A stretch of 64,000 nt of DNA from Squalus acanthias. Lineage: Eukaryota. The notes beneath the pieces were generated by a model, which was not told where the DNA came from, did no database searches, and saw nothing but the letters and a program-made list of their open reading frames with translations. The DNA is taken from positions 15,626,001 to 15,690,000 of the forward strand of contig CM059433.1 of NCBI GenBank assembly GCA_030390025.1, read 5' to 3'. Made by a program: the position numbers and the translations under genes. Positions 35,901 to 47,879 of this stretch are shown here, piece by piece; position 1 is the first letter of the stretch; every line of letters begins with the position of its first letter.

Positions 35901-37491
35901 TTATAAGTATTGCCTCGTCCTGGTGGATGTGTTTTCCAAGTGGGTGGAAGCCTTCCCGTGTCGAACAGCTACGGCACTGGGTACAGCAAAAATCTTGGTC
36001 CGGGAAGTGTTCTCGCGGTGGGGACTTCCCCGTTTTGTGGAGTCAGACCAAGGGAGTCATTTCACCGGCCAGGTGATGCAGAACACCCTCATGCTTTTGG
36101 GCATTGAAGGGAAGTGGCACGTAGCACACAATCCCCAGTCATCCGGGATTGTTGAACGTATGAACCGGACCCTGAAGGAGAAATTGAGGAAAGAGACTAG
36201 GAACTCGCCCCAAAAATGGGCGGAAGTTCTGCCTTTAGTCCTCATGGGGGTCCGGGCCAGTCAGTCAAAAAGTACGGGGTACTCCCCGCACGAGGTAATG
36301 ACCGGGAGGCTCATGCGAACCCCCACCCATGTGCTAGCACCGGTGCTCACTGAGGGTCAGCTCCAAGAGATAAGCAGGGACAAGTTCGCCCAGACTCTCT
36401 TGGAGCGCCTGAAGCAAGTTTATGAGCAGGCGGCTGGGAACATGGGAAGGCAGCATCAGGGCAATCGCTTGTTGCTGGAACCCCGCAAAACGCGGGAGTG
36501 GGAAGTAGGAGACCAGGTCATGGTCAGAAACTACGCCAGAGTAGGGAGTCTGGAACCACTGTATATGGGACCCTACAACATTGTAGACAAGGCGAGTCCC
36601 ACGGTTTACGCCGTAAAAGTACCTCGGCGCACTAAGTGGTTCCACATAAACCAATGCAAACTGTACCAGCCAGGTGCGCAAGGGAAAACTACAGGGGTAA
36701 ATCCCGCCAATGGGAAAGCACAGCCCCAGGTAGGACCACAAGGCACACAGGCAGGCATAGCAGCTTGCATCAGGGGAAGGGACATCCCGGACGATCATGC
36801 AGCGTTTTTCTGGAATTGGGGGTTAGATGAGGAAGAATTCAGGGTACCCGGGTCAGATGAGGACAGTGGAGATGAGAATAGTGATGACGACGGGTGGTTT
36901 CGGAGGAACGGTCCCTTTTACGATATGGAGGGGACGGGGGCTGCAGGTAGAGATCCACACAGGGTGGACACACGAGCTGCAGGTCCCGAAGACAGGAGGG
37001 AGGAGCTAGGGGAGGCAGGGCCAGCCGCTATGGGAGCACAGAGAGTACCGGTGTGGCTCCCAGAGATGTGGCCGCCCGCTTTGAACGTCCCGTCCTTGGG
37101 GGAGGCAGAGATCACGAGTGAAGGGCCGCCTGCTGGGCCAAGCAGGGCGGAGCCACAAACTGCAAGCCCCGAGGTTAGGGAGGCGGAGTCAGCGGAGGCG
37201 GAGCCAGCGACTGTGGTGGAACCCCAGGTCATCCCGATGGAAGTCTCGGAACCCGGTCCGTCCGTCACGGAACCCCCGCCCATAGCAACTCCCCGTAGGT
37301 CAAGTAGAGAACCCCAGCCCAGGAGGATGTGGTCATGTCCCCAGACTGCCCCAAGGCGTAGAGTTAAGGTTAAGATAACCCAGATACAGGCCGGCCACAT
37401 CGCAGCAGCAACAGGCTGCGGCAGATCAGAGGGAAGGGTCAGTGCCCTCCCACCGTCGGGAAGAGCTCGCAGCAGCCTTCTCAGAATTTAA
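32996..37491 (+). pseudogene. pol: Pol of B: PR-RT-degenerate RNase H (tether)-RNase H-IN-acidic tail, with a single frameshift near 34816-34820
   Basis: LDTGAS (33101), LPQG, YVDD (34061), LEVAAS, YVDGSS/AELSA/SDS/KVKAH/GNQQAD, HHCC, QIDYIG/ESDQG/VERMN and GPY. Adding one A to the A5 run joins the two ORFs. Confidence 0.93.
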
Positions 37492-37780
37492 AGGGGCCGC
37501 CCTGAGAACGGGCGGCACTGTAAAGTTATTAGTTTTTAAGTTTTAAGTTAATAGTTCAAGGTTAAGTTTATAGTTTTTTAATAAGGTTAAGTTTGTAGTG
37601 TTTTAACAGAAAAACGATAAAATGATGGGAGCTTTAAAGATAGGTTTAGTTGAAGTTTATTCAGCGAACGTTGAAGTTTACGTGAGGCGAGGTCAGGGGA
37701 CCCGCTCACCCTTCACAAAAGCCAGAGACTCTTGCGAGGCTGGCTACCTCATTCTATCTGATCACAGGAACCAAGGAAGG

Positions 37781-40127
37781 ATGGAACGAATTCTAGTATT
37801 GCTCGCGGCAATCGGATGCGGATTGGCCTATCGAGGCCGCACCAAGGATGTCGTGGTGTTTGGATGTTCCGGGGACACGGCCCCCATCGCGGTGGATGGG
37901 ACCGGAAGACGGGAGGCAGAGGAGACCAGCACTTATTTCCACAAGGGAAGGTGGCCAGGATGGCTGGGAACGAACTCAACGGAGTATTCTAGCACATCGG
38001 GGTTTGCCTACAAAGAGACTTCTTTACTGTGCCCCAAAGTAAGGATCATCGCACCCAGGATCAGCGTCACCGTCGGCAAACGGATTTGTTTGACTTGTAG
38101 TGGGAAGGTCCCATTGAGCCGATGGTGGTGGCTGCGAAAGCTGAGCAAAACTATGAGGAACTCTTCGGTCGAGTGGGAACGACTGGGTAATAATACCCAT
38201 CGGACAATTACGGGGACAAACGGACAAGTGAAAGTCTGTTGGGACAAATGGTGGGAACCGGATGAGGGAATTTATGTATGTATGTGGGGGTCAAATTACG
38301 TTTGCCCCAAAGGCATCTCCATATTTTTCATTAATCAATGGCAGGATAACGGACAGGGGATGAGGTGGGATGCGAGCACCAGGGGGTGCGGAGCCCCATT
38401 CTCCCCTATCCCAGTAAATGCCACTGAGCTCATTACGCGCCCACGCAAAGCCCCGCCCACGATTCCGGTGGTTCTAGCTGAGGAAGAAGGGTGCCCTAAA
38501 ACTAGTAAGGGACCCGGGAATGGTTTGGTACTGGTCCCCACAGACCAGATACTATTCCAGGGGGTACATTACGCGGTGGCCTCGGTGATTTTAAATCTCA
38601 CCGAGGTGCGGTTACCAGAGTGGTGCCCCAAAAAGACGGAACAGTTGTACCAGGTCCTGTTGACCAAGATGTTCAGACAATTTTACGAATTCGATTTCGC
38701 GGAAATTGACAAGTTTGTACACCGCACCACAGGAAGTTTTGAATCAAGCAGGGAGGCAAAGAAGGGGTTTGGTGAACGATGCGTTCACCGCTTTTAACAC
38801 GGGTACATCTGTGGTCAACGCTCTAGACAGTGTGGAGCTGCAGACCCAGATTAATGGTTTAAAGACACAATTAAAAGACATTCTAACAGATGAGAATAAA
38901 GTGGTAGGGTCGGGTCTGCACGAGGACCAAGCCATGACTCTCCATTTAAAGGAAATTATAGCAGAGTTGGAGAAACATGCAAAGACGGTAAATGCCCTGA
39001 TTAGGGAAGATCGGAATGCATCCGATCAAGCTGCGCAGAACGAGGTGTGCGTGCTTTACGGGGCGTGGTTACTGGGCGAGGGCCGCAGTAATTTGGAGGA
39101 TTTAAAACAAGGTTTGGTTCCGTCCTGGATAAGTAACAAACACCTGCGGGCGCTCCACCCTTTTCAGAACGCATTAAGTCCGTGCCAGCTCAGGCTAGCT
39201 TCAGAAGCTTACCCAGTCCCCGTGGACTGCGGACGTTCAAACCATACTATTATGGGAATAGTATTACGCATGCCGGTTTTGGGCGACACAGCAAAGCCCG
39301 CCCCGGTGTATCGGGTAGAGAACATTGGTGTCATTCAGGGGGGAGCCCACATTCGTTATGCAGCGGTTCCACCTTACGTCATCCGCTGGGAGCAAACGAT
39401 GACAGGTACAGATCTCTCTGGTTGTCGTGGCAGGGGAGCACACATAATACTGTGCCCCCAGCACTTGAATGCCTTTTTAACACCACAGTGCGGGTTCAGA
39501 ACGACTGGCGCCAAGTCCATGAATTGCACCATGGAGGCAATGGCACAAGATCATGTGCCTCCGCAGGTAGCATACATCGGGGGTGGAACATATTGTGTTA
39601 CCACTGCAGCGCAACACTACCAGCATGGAAACCGTAGCCGGTGTCCGGTGAGTGACAGCAGTTTCTGTTTTAAACCCAGGGCGGAAGTTCAAGTAGCACA
39701 ACAGCGAATTATCCCAATCCCTGAACCATCCACTGTTCATCTCACAGTAAAAGAGAATTTCACCGACTTGCAGCGATTCGTCGCGCATTTCGGATACCTC
39801 ATTCCCCCTCTCCCTGAACACCTCACCAAGCTTCTGAAAGCCGTCGCGGTGTCACAGAAACATTTTTACACATTAGAGCAGAAAACTGTCGCAATAGGAA
39901 CAGACATTTTGGATATAGTAGTTCCACCGTGGTGGAATCTGTTCACTAATATTGAAGTGCCTTCATGGATCAGAATAGCCTCCCACATTTTAGTCGTATG
40001 CCAAGTTTTTATTGTAGTGTACCTATTGGTCGTACATTGTAAAAGAGACAAGCGCCTCACCAAGCATGAAAACACGGGAGAGTGGCGAGAACGTTACGTG
40101 CGCGTGCACGATGAAAGCACCGTGTAA
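37781..40127 (+). pseudogene. env: Env of B, frameshifted by a 5-nt deletion near 38710
   Basis: B has ATTGACAAGTT where A has ATTGATAAAACAAGTT and C has ATTGACAAAACAAGC. Otherwise near-identical to A env. Confidence 0.92.
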
Positions 40128-40579
40128 TCGGAAAATGGCATCACTCCCGCTCGCCACGTGCGCCGCGGAAGTTTGTACTCGATCATGATTTTTCAGAGAT
40201 TGTAAATACGTTGGGAACTCGACATGTTTTAAGAGTTAGTGTTGATTATTTTGGTGATGGTGTTACAGTTAGAATTGATTGTTTTGGTTTTGAGTTTTGT
40301 TTTTCCTTTCCCTGAATAAAAGATGAATATACAGGTGATACGAGAGGCATCGGCCTGGTTACGCCGGGAAGGAAAACAAGTGGTGTAAGTTTAAGGGCAA
40401 ATAATGCCTACGGTGATATAAAATGTAATTTTCTTGGGAAATAAGGACGACACAGAGACCCTAGCTAGGTTAAAGTTATGGGATTAATTTGCTGGATTCG
40501 GAGAGAAATCGAGATAATATTGCTCACCACTATGATTTTTGATACGATAAGCGGAGTTATTCGCATCAACAGGAGGGAC

Positions 40580-42242
40580 TGTAGAATTCGCAATATATCG
40601 CGATTTTATTAATAAGGAGAAAACACAGAGTTTCGTTCAAACAGCTTTTATTTCAGCAGAATGCTGCCAGGTTTAAAGTGGACACAAGCAGCCTGTAAAA
40701 TGGCCGCCGCACCTCGTGACAGAACATTCTAGACTTTTCAACAGGCAGACAAGATGGCGTTCCAATAAACATTTGTGCAAGATCGATTAAGATTCAGCAC
40801 AGTGAAGATAATACACGAGACATTATGGGTTTGCAGTATACACATAAATACTGAAATCGGTCTCCCAGGTACAAATGAAAGCTATTGTACCGAGTAATCA
40901 AGGGCCCATCCAAAAGACATTAATATGTAAAATCCCAACGACTCTACGATGAGAGAGCCGTTAGCAGGTAGTTATACAAAACACTTGGAAGCCCCACAAC
41001 CCCTCCAGGGAGAACACCGACCGATTTAACAATGGGAGAAATATTAACAGGTACTCAGACATTTACGAGTAGCCCCGAAACCCATTAAGAACGGAGATCA
41101 CCCATACAAGACATTTGAGCGCCAGACCCTAAACAAAAGAATGGACATTATAGTTGGGCGGGAAACGGAAGATTTTTGCACTATAATTGCAGGCTCCAAA
41201 CCGTCCATCTCTCTCTTATCCGATCGACTCTTATCATCGTGGCTGCTCCTGTGCTCTTATTCGTAACCTCGTGGCTGCTCCTGTGTACTCGTAGTTGGGC
41301 TCCTGCTTGCCTGTTGCCTCTTTGAAAAGGACTGTTGAACTTTCTGATCCGTTCGGATCTACCTCGTGTCGCGTAACGAAGACCTATGTTGGTAACTGGC
41401 AGCGGAACCAAAGGCCCGAGATGAGATGAGATGAGATGAGATGAGATGAGAAGAGAGGAAGACCATATCCATCGCCACGGTCAGTAAATCCCGACCGCGC
41501 CTGTAGGTCGATTAGCCAAGTTTTCCTTGCCAGGAAGACTTCTTCGAACTTGCAAGGAAACATATCGTATCGATGATATTGACAACTGTGCTCGAAAAGT
41601 ACCTGTTAAACCAACCAACACAGGTCTTCATCACAGCAGACGTTCCAGCCTGCTAGCCGGAGCAGCAGAAGCAAGTAAACAAGTGGGACCAGGAGATCTC
41701 CTGACCGACACGTGGGTGCTGCGGTGAAAAACATCCGATCAGCTATTCGGAATTTCTCCGAGTTATCACGAGTGGTGAGCATGAGTCTCGAAATCCTACG
41801 AATCTAGTTTAGGATAGATATTGATAGGGGAGGGTTTAAGGATTAAGGATATTTGTAATGTGTGCCCCTATTTACTATGTGCCGTTCGTTCCTCGTTTCC
41901 CTAAGATCGACTATATAACTGCTTGTAAGATTGTACTGTCATTAATCTGTGCTTATGACATGTATTTCATAATCTTAAGTATTATGCAATAAAGATTTTC
42001 CATTTCGTACCATTCAACCGAGTCTACATGAGTTTCATCTCCATTACTGCTCTCGCATCTAAGTCCAGTGTCTAGAACCGTAAGGGCGAGTGATTCGAAC
42101 CACTCACAGGTGTGTCTAGTGTTCCCAGATTGGCTGGAGACCAGAACAGGCAACAAGGCCTAGACCCGCACTGACATACAGGCTGCACAGAGCCGCGTGA
42201 ATCTCACAGGCTGCGAGACACGCAGGGTCAGAATCCCTTACA
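40580..42242 (+). repeat. 3' LTR of provirus B (1663 bp)
   Basis: Differs from the 5' LTR by one extra AGATG unit and at least one substitution. Confidence 0.95.
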
Positions 42243-42246
42243 CCGC

Positions 42247-43766
42247 CGCACCTCGTGACAGAACATTCTAGACTTTTCGACAGGCAGACAAGATGGCGTT
42301 CCAATAAACATTTGTGCAAGATCGATTAAGATTCAGCACATTGAAGATAATACACGAGACATTATGGGTTTACAGTATACGCATAAATACTGAAATCGGT
42401 CTCCCAGGTACGAATGAAAGCTATTGTACCAAGTAATCAAGGGCCCATCCAAAGACATTAATATGTAAAATCCCAACGACTCTACGATGAGAGAGCCGTT
42501 AGCGGGTAGTTATACAAAACACTTGGAAGCCCCAAAACCCCTCCAGGGAGAACACCGACCGATTTAACAATGGGAGAAATATTAACAGGTACTCAGGCAT
42601 TTACGAGTAGCCCCGAAACCCATTAAGAACGGAGATCACCCATACAAGACATTTGAGCGCCAAACCCAAACAAAAGAAAGGACATTAAGGTTGGGCGGGA
42701 AACGGAAGATTTTGTACTATAATTACAAGCTCCAACCGTTCATCTCTCTCTTATTCTCTTATCCGATCGACTCGTAACCTCGTGGCTGCTCCTGTGTTTT
42801 GACTCGTAGTCCTGTTCCTGCTTGTCTGGTGCCTCTTTGAAAAGACTGTTGAACTTTATGATCCGTTCGGATCTACCTCGTGTCGCGTAACGAAGACCTA
42901 TGTTGGTAACTGGCATCGGAACCAAAGGCCCGAGATGAGATGAGATGAGATGAGATGAGATGAGAAGAGAGGAAGACCATACTCATCGCCACGGTCAGTA
43001 AGCCCCGACCGCGCCTGTAGGTCGAATAGCCAAGTTTCCTTGCCAGGGAGACTTCTTTGAACTTGCAAGAACGGACCTCGGAAGATCCTCCAAGATGATA
43101 TTGACTGGTCTGTGAAACCCATTCGGACAGTGCCTGTTAAACCAACCAACACAGATCTTCATCACAGCAGACGTTCCAGCCTGCTAGCCGGAGCAGAAGC
43201 AAGTAAACAAGTGGGACCAGGAGACCTCCTGATCGACACGTGGGTGCTGCGGTGAAAACATCCGATCAGCTATTCGGAATTTCTCCGAGTTATCACGAGT
43301 GGTGAGCATGAGTCTCGAATCCTACGAATCTAGCTAGGACAGATATTGATAGGGGAGGGTTTAAGTATTAAGGATACTTGTAATGTGTGCCCCTATTTAC
43401 GGTGTGTCGTTCGTTCCTCGTTTCCCTAGAATTAGCTATATAACTGCGTGTAAGATTGTACTGTCATTAATCTGTGCTTATGACATGTATTTCGTAATCT
43501 TAAATATCATGCAATAAAGATTTTCCATTTCGTACCATTCAACCGAGTCTACATGAGTTTCATCTCCATTACTGCTCTCGCATCTAAGTCCAGTGTCTAG
43601 AACCGTAAGGGCGAGTGATTCGAACCACTCACAGGTGTGTCTAGTGCTCCCAGACTGGCTGGAGACCAGAACAGGCAACAAGGCCTAAACCTGCACTGAC
43701 ATACAGGCTGCACAGAGCCGCGTGAATCTCACAGGCTGCGAGACACGCACGGTCAAATCCCTTACA
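42247..43766 (+). repeat. Remainder of the 3' LTR of provirus A
   Basis: Resumes at CGCACCTCGTGAC, carries A-specific variants, and ends CTTACA followed by AGGT. Confidence 0.95.
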
Positions 43767-43770
43767 AGGT

Positions 43771-43955
43771 AGCACCTCGCTCCTTGGCATTAGCGCCTTA
43801 AGAGAGGTGTGTAGCGCCTGATTTAGCACTCTAATCACCTCCAGGGGCGATAGAAGCCAAGTTTGCAGTCGGAGGCGATAATTAGCGCCAGGCGCTAAAC
43901 TTTGTGCCCGGCCGATAATTGTGCCCAAACGGGGCAATACCGAATTTCTGCCTCC
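43771..43955. mobile_element. End of a Harbinger-like element or MITE into which provirus A probably inserted
   Basis: TTAGCGCCAGGCGCTAA...CCCAAACGGGGC...GAATTTCT resembles the right end of the MITE at 61167-61600. Confidence 0.55.
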
Positions 43956-44364
43956 ACGAGCATAAATGAAAGGAGTTTATACTTAAACTGTCCAATGCTC
44001 TGGTCAGATCACATCATGGCGTATTGTGTCTATTTCTGGTCACTCAGACACAAGGGAAATATTTAATCCCTGGAAGCAGTGTGGAGAGGAGCCAAAAAAC
44101 TAATACCCAGCATCAGGAACAGGAATAACAGGAAAAACTTAATGGGAGGTGACTTAGAGGGGAGCCCCCTAGAAGTTTACAAGGAAGAAAGTCATTAGAT
44201 AAAGAAAACATTCTGCTTCAAATTAAATCACAACAACAGGACAAGTGGCCAAGGTTCAAACTGGCAAAAGGCCACCTCGGCACTGGCATCAGGAAGCTCA
44301 TCACGTGGATGTGATCCACACATGGATGCTGTGAGGGAAGAATCCAGGTTTGTTCTGGATGGAG

Positions 44365-44762
44365 AAAGAAAGAAAGAAAGAAAGACTTGCATTTATATAG
44401 CACCTTTCACGACTCAAAGTGCTTTACAGCCAATGAAGTACTTTTGGAAGTGTAGTCACTGTTGTAATGTGGGAAACGCGGCAGCCAATTTGCGCACAGC
44501 AAGGTCCCACAAACAGCAATGCGATAATGACCAGATAATCTGTTTTTGTTATGTTGATTGAGGGATAAATATTGGCCAGGACATCTGGGATAACTCCCCT
44601 GCTCTTCTTCGAAATAGTGCCATGGGATCTTTTACGTCCACCTGAGAGAACAGACGGGGCCTCGGTTTAACGTCTCATCTGAAAGACGGCACCTCCGACA
44701 GTGCAGCACTCCCTCAGCACTGCACTGGAGTGTCAGCCTTGATTTTTGTGCTCAAATCCCTG
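44365..44762 (-). mobile_element. Deu-domain SINE (SacSINE1/AmnSINE-like), 5'-truncated
   Basis: Reverse complement of 63290-63680, with a (GAAA)n tail. Confidence 0.85.
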
Positions 44763-45714
44763 GGACGCATTGGGATGGGCTCATTGGCCTTGCTCACCCA
44801 TATCTCTTTTGTGATCCTGAAAACAAAGACCCATTTCCTCAGAAGTAATATCTAATCAAACGCGAGCCAGGAATGGTGAAATCGGGAATGAGGTTCCTTG
44901 GAAATGCGCATCCGCTGTAACTTTGGCAAAAGAGCCATGGAAATCTAGTAAAAATGGTATGAATGCGTGTTTACATTGTTTTTTCTCGGGTCTCTATGGC
45001 TTTTCCACCGAAGTTGTGATAGACGTGTGGGAGAACCCTGTTGAAAGTACAAATGTAATTAATATTTCACTGGTTCCTTCGGTCTGCGGGACACGAAAGG
45101 GCGTCATCAGCCACGGCAACAGGGAGTAAGCCTTATCACCAAATATCCATCCTTCCACCGGTCCCCCATGGTGTCATGGGAATGTACTTTTCCTAAGTCT
45201 GTTGTCAAATGTTCCAATAAATCCTCATACAAGAAAAAACGTCTGCGGGCCAGCAGCGGCCGCATTGCCACCGCCAGTAACAGGAGTCGGAGGCGGAAAA
45301 GCACAGGGCCCGCTGTTCAGAGAGGAGCCGACTGTCTGTAAACAAAGATCCCATCCCGACTACCAGCCGGCTGCAGCAGCGCCGAGATACGGCCAAAAAG
45401 ATCAAGCCCCGTAAGTTGGACATACATTACATTAGGTCAAGGGCCGGCCAAGGAGCAAATCTACATAATATGGGCAGCATTTGAATACACTGAATAACCA
45501 ATGCATTTGTAATTTTTAAAAATCAATGCTTTAAAATCACTATCATTTTATACATACATACTTGAGGGATTCCCACTTTGTAAATGTCACCCTAGCTATA
45601 TTGCAATTCTTTGTCAGAAGATCAATACAAGGGGACAACAATAATTTAGATGGGGGGTTCGTGATTACTAATCCAATTGAAAAGGGGTCCTTCAACCAAA
45701 AAAGTTTGAGAAGC

Positions 45715-46160
45715 ACTGCTATAGATGGTACATACTGCAGCCACAGTGCATTGTTGATGGAAGGGGTGGATATTGAGTTCAGTGGAATGGTGCCAATCAA
45801 ATGAACTGCTTTGTTCTGGATGGTGTCGAGCTTCTTGAGTGTTGTTGCAGCTGTACCCATCTAGGTAAGTAGTGACTATTCTATCACATTCCTGACTGAG
45901 CTTTGTAAATGATGGAAAGACTTTGAAGGCTTAGGAGATATTCAAACTCTGCCTTGCTCATGTAGCTTTGGCTAGTCCAGTTAAGATTATGGTCAATGGC
46001 AATGGCCAAGACGTTAGTGGTGGAGGATTCGGAGTGGCTGGTGCCATTAAAGGTTGGGGGAGATGGCTGCGATTTCTCTTGATCGAGATGGTCATTACCT
46101 GGCACTTATGTGGCACAAATGTTACCTACAACTTGTCAGCCCAAGCCTTGATGTTACCCA
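45715..46160 (-). mobile_element. Decayed LINE fragment of the 8915-9853 family
   Basis: Minus-strand TAATTLKKLDTIQNKAVHLIGT and LNWTS remnants. Confidence 0.75.
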
Positions 46161-46194
46161 GAGAGAGGAATTTCAGGCAAATGTATTAAGCTCT

Positions 46195-47875
46195 TGTAAA
46201 GTTTCGCAATTATCGCGATTCGAAATAACGAGATAGAAGCAGATTCGTTTGATCAGTTTATTTAAACAAAATGCTGTCATGATTAAACAGGACACAGAAG
46301 CCTGTAAAATGGCCGCCGCGCATCGTGGCAGAAGTTTCCAGAAGTACAGTGGGCAGACAAGATGGCGTTCGAATAAACATTTTCAATATAAGACGGGGTC
46401 ATACTCGATAAGCAGTGATAAAGACAGGATGCAACCTGTTTGCATTTGTGACAATAGCAAAAGATATGAGTGCTGGAATCGTTTTCCATGCACAAGTAAG
46501 GACCATTGTACTGGGCAATCGAAGGCCCATCCAGACACATCAATACGCGAATACCCCCACGGCTCTACAATGAGAGAGCCATTCTCGGGTGATTAAACAA
46601 GTATTCGGGGGCCCCCAAAACCCAGCCAGGGAGGCTCCTAGCCGGTTCGACAATGGGGAAAACATTAACGGGTAGTTGGCCAGTCTCAGGTGCTACCGAA
46701 ACCCGTTAAAGACAAGAATCACCCCATGCTGGGAGTTTTGAGCGCCAATATTTCACAAAGGACAAACATTAAGATTTGGGCGGGAGATAAGGGAACACAG
46801 CACTATAACTATAGACAACAAATGTCCATCGCTTTCTTATTCGCTTGATTCGTGCTCTTATCTCTGCGGACTCTTGACTGGGGCTGAACTCTGCTGGACG
46901 AGCAGCCTTCTGTGTTTCTCTGGACTCTGTTGACTCTGGACTTTTAGCCGCACTGGACGGTTACTCGAATGTTGGGTGGAGCTCAAACGGAACGAGCCGC
47001 CTCGACGAAGGCCGGTGACCGGGTACACCATCCCGAGGGTCGGTAAACGGTGTCTGGACCCGAAGGCCCGAAGAGAAGAGACGAGACGAGACGAGAAGAA
47101 GAGGAGAAGAATCCACGTGCCGCCGCGGTCAGTAAACCCGACCGCGCCCGAAAATATACAACCCATTTCTTAAACTCTACAGGTTACTGCACGAACTGGT
47201 CAAAGACTCTTTTTCGAATTCTATCGACAACTGGTCTTGGTACAGGAAGACTTTTCTTTGAGTTCTACAGCCAGGCCCGAGTGCTGTCGAGTTCTTCATG
47301 ACAACGGGGAGCCCAGCCTGCTTGTCGCAGCAGCGAAGATAAACAAGTGGGGTATAGAGACCCCTCCAAACACGTGACAGTCAGGCACTGCAGCGAAACG
47401 AGCCGAGTGCCTCACTTTAAAATTCTCCGAAGTATCACGAGTGGTGAGCATGTTTCCCGATCCTACAAATCTAGATGTAGTGTAGGTATTGATAAGGGAG
47501 GGTGGTTTTATTAAAGATAAAGTATAATGTGTTCCCCTTTTTACGATGTGCCGTGCGTTCTTCATTACCAAGCTTTATAAATGTATGTATACTTGTACTC
47601 TCGTTAATTTGCGCCTATGACATGTACTTCATGATCTTGGACGCTATGCAACAAAGATTTCCATTTCGTACCATTCAACTGGGTCTATTTGAGTTTTTCT
47701 CTGCATTACTGCTCTCGCACCTAAGTCCAGTGTTAGAACCGTAAGGGCGAGTGGGTCGAACCACTCACAGGTGCTTATTGCAACTAGGCTGGCCGGAGAC
47801 CAGAGCAAGCAATAGTATTAGGCCTAACCCCGTACCAGCACCGTCTGCGATACAAGCACGACACAACCCCTTACA
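46195..47875 (+). repeat. 5' LTR of provirus C (1681 bp)
   Basis: Matches 53755-55453 with several small indels and substitutions. Shares only blocks with the A and B LTRs. Confidence 0.95.
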
Positions 47876-47879
47876 GAAA

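Larger units (their letters stand above)
29522..42242 (+). mobile_element. Provirus B: full-length gag-pol-env lokiretrovirus-like element (12.7 kb) nested in the 3' LTR of A
   Basis: TSD CCGC (29518-29521 / 42243-42246). LTRs at 29522-31179 and 40580-42242. Confidence 0.96.
21720..43766 (+). mobile_element. Provirus A: env-bearing, pol-less, lokiretrovirus-like LTR element (LTR-gag-ORFX-env-LTR), with its 3' LTR interrupted by provirus B
   Basis: TGTAG...CTTACA termini, TSD AGGT (21716-21719 / 43767-43770), near-identical LTRs, PBS-like and PPT sites. Confidence 0.95.

Noticed and set aside
46249..46596. 115-aa ORF in the C LTR (and other short LTR ORFs) as an accessory gene
   Set aside because: It recurs only because LTRs are duplicated. 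It is not open in the A or B LTRs and has no recognisable motif.
47751..47879. Upstream GTG start extending C Gag into the LTR
   Set aside because: It lies in U5, and the homologous ATG in A and B corresponds to 47880.
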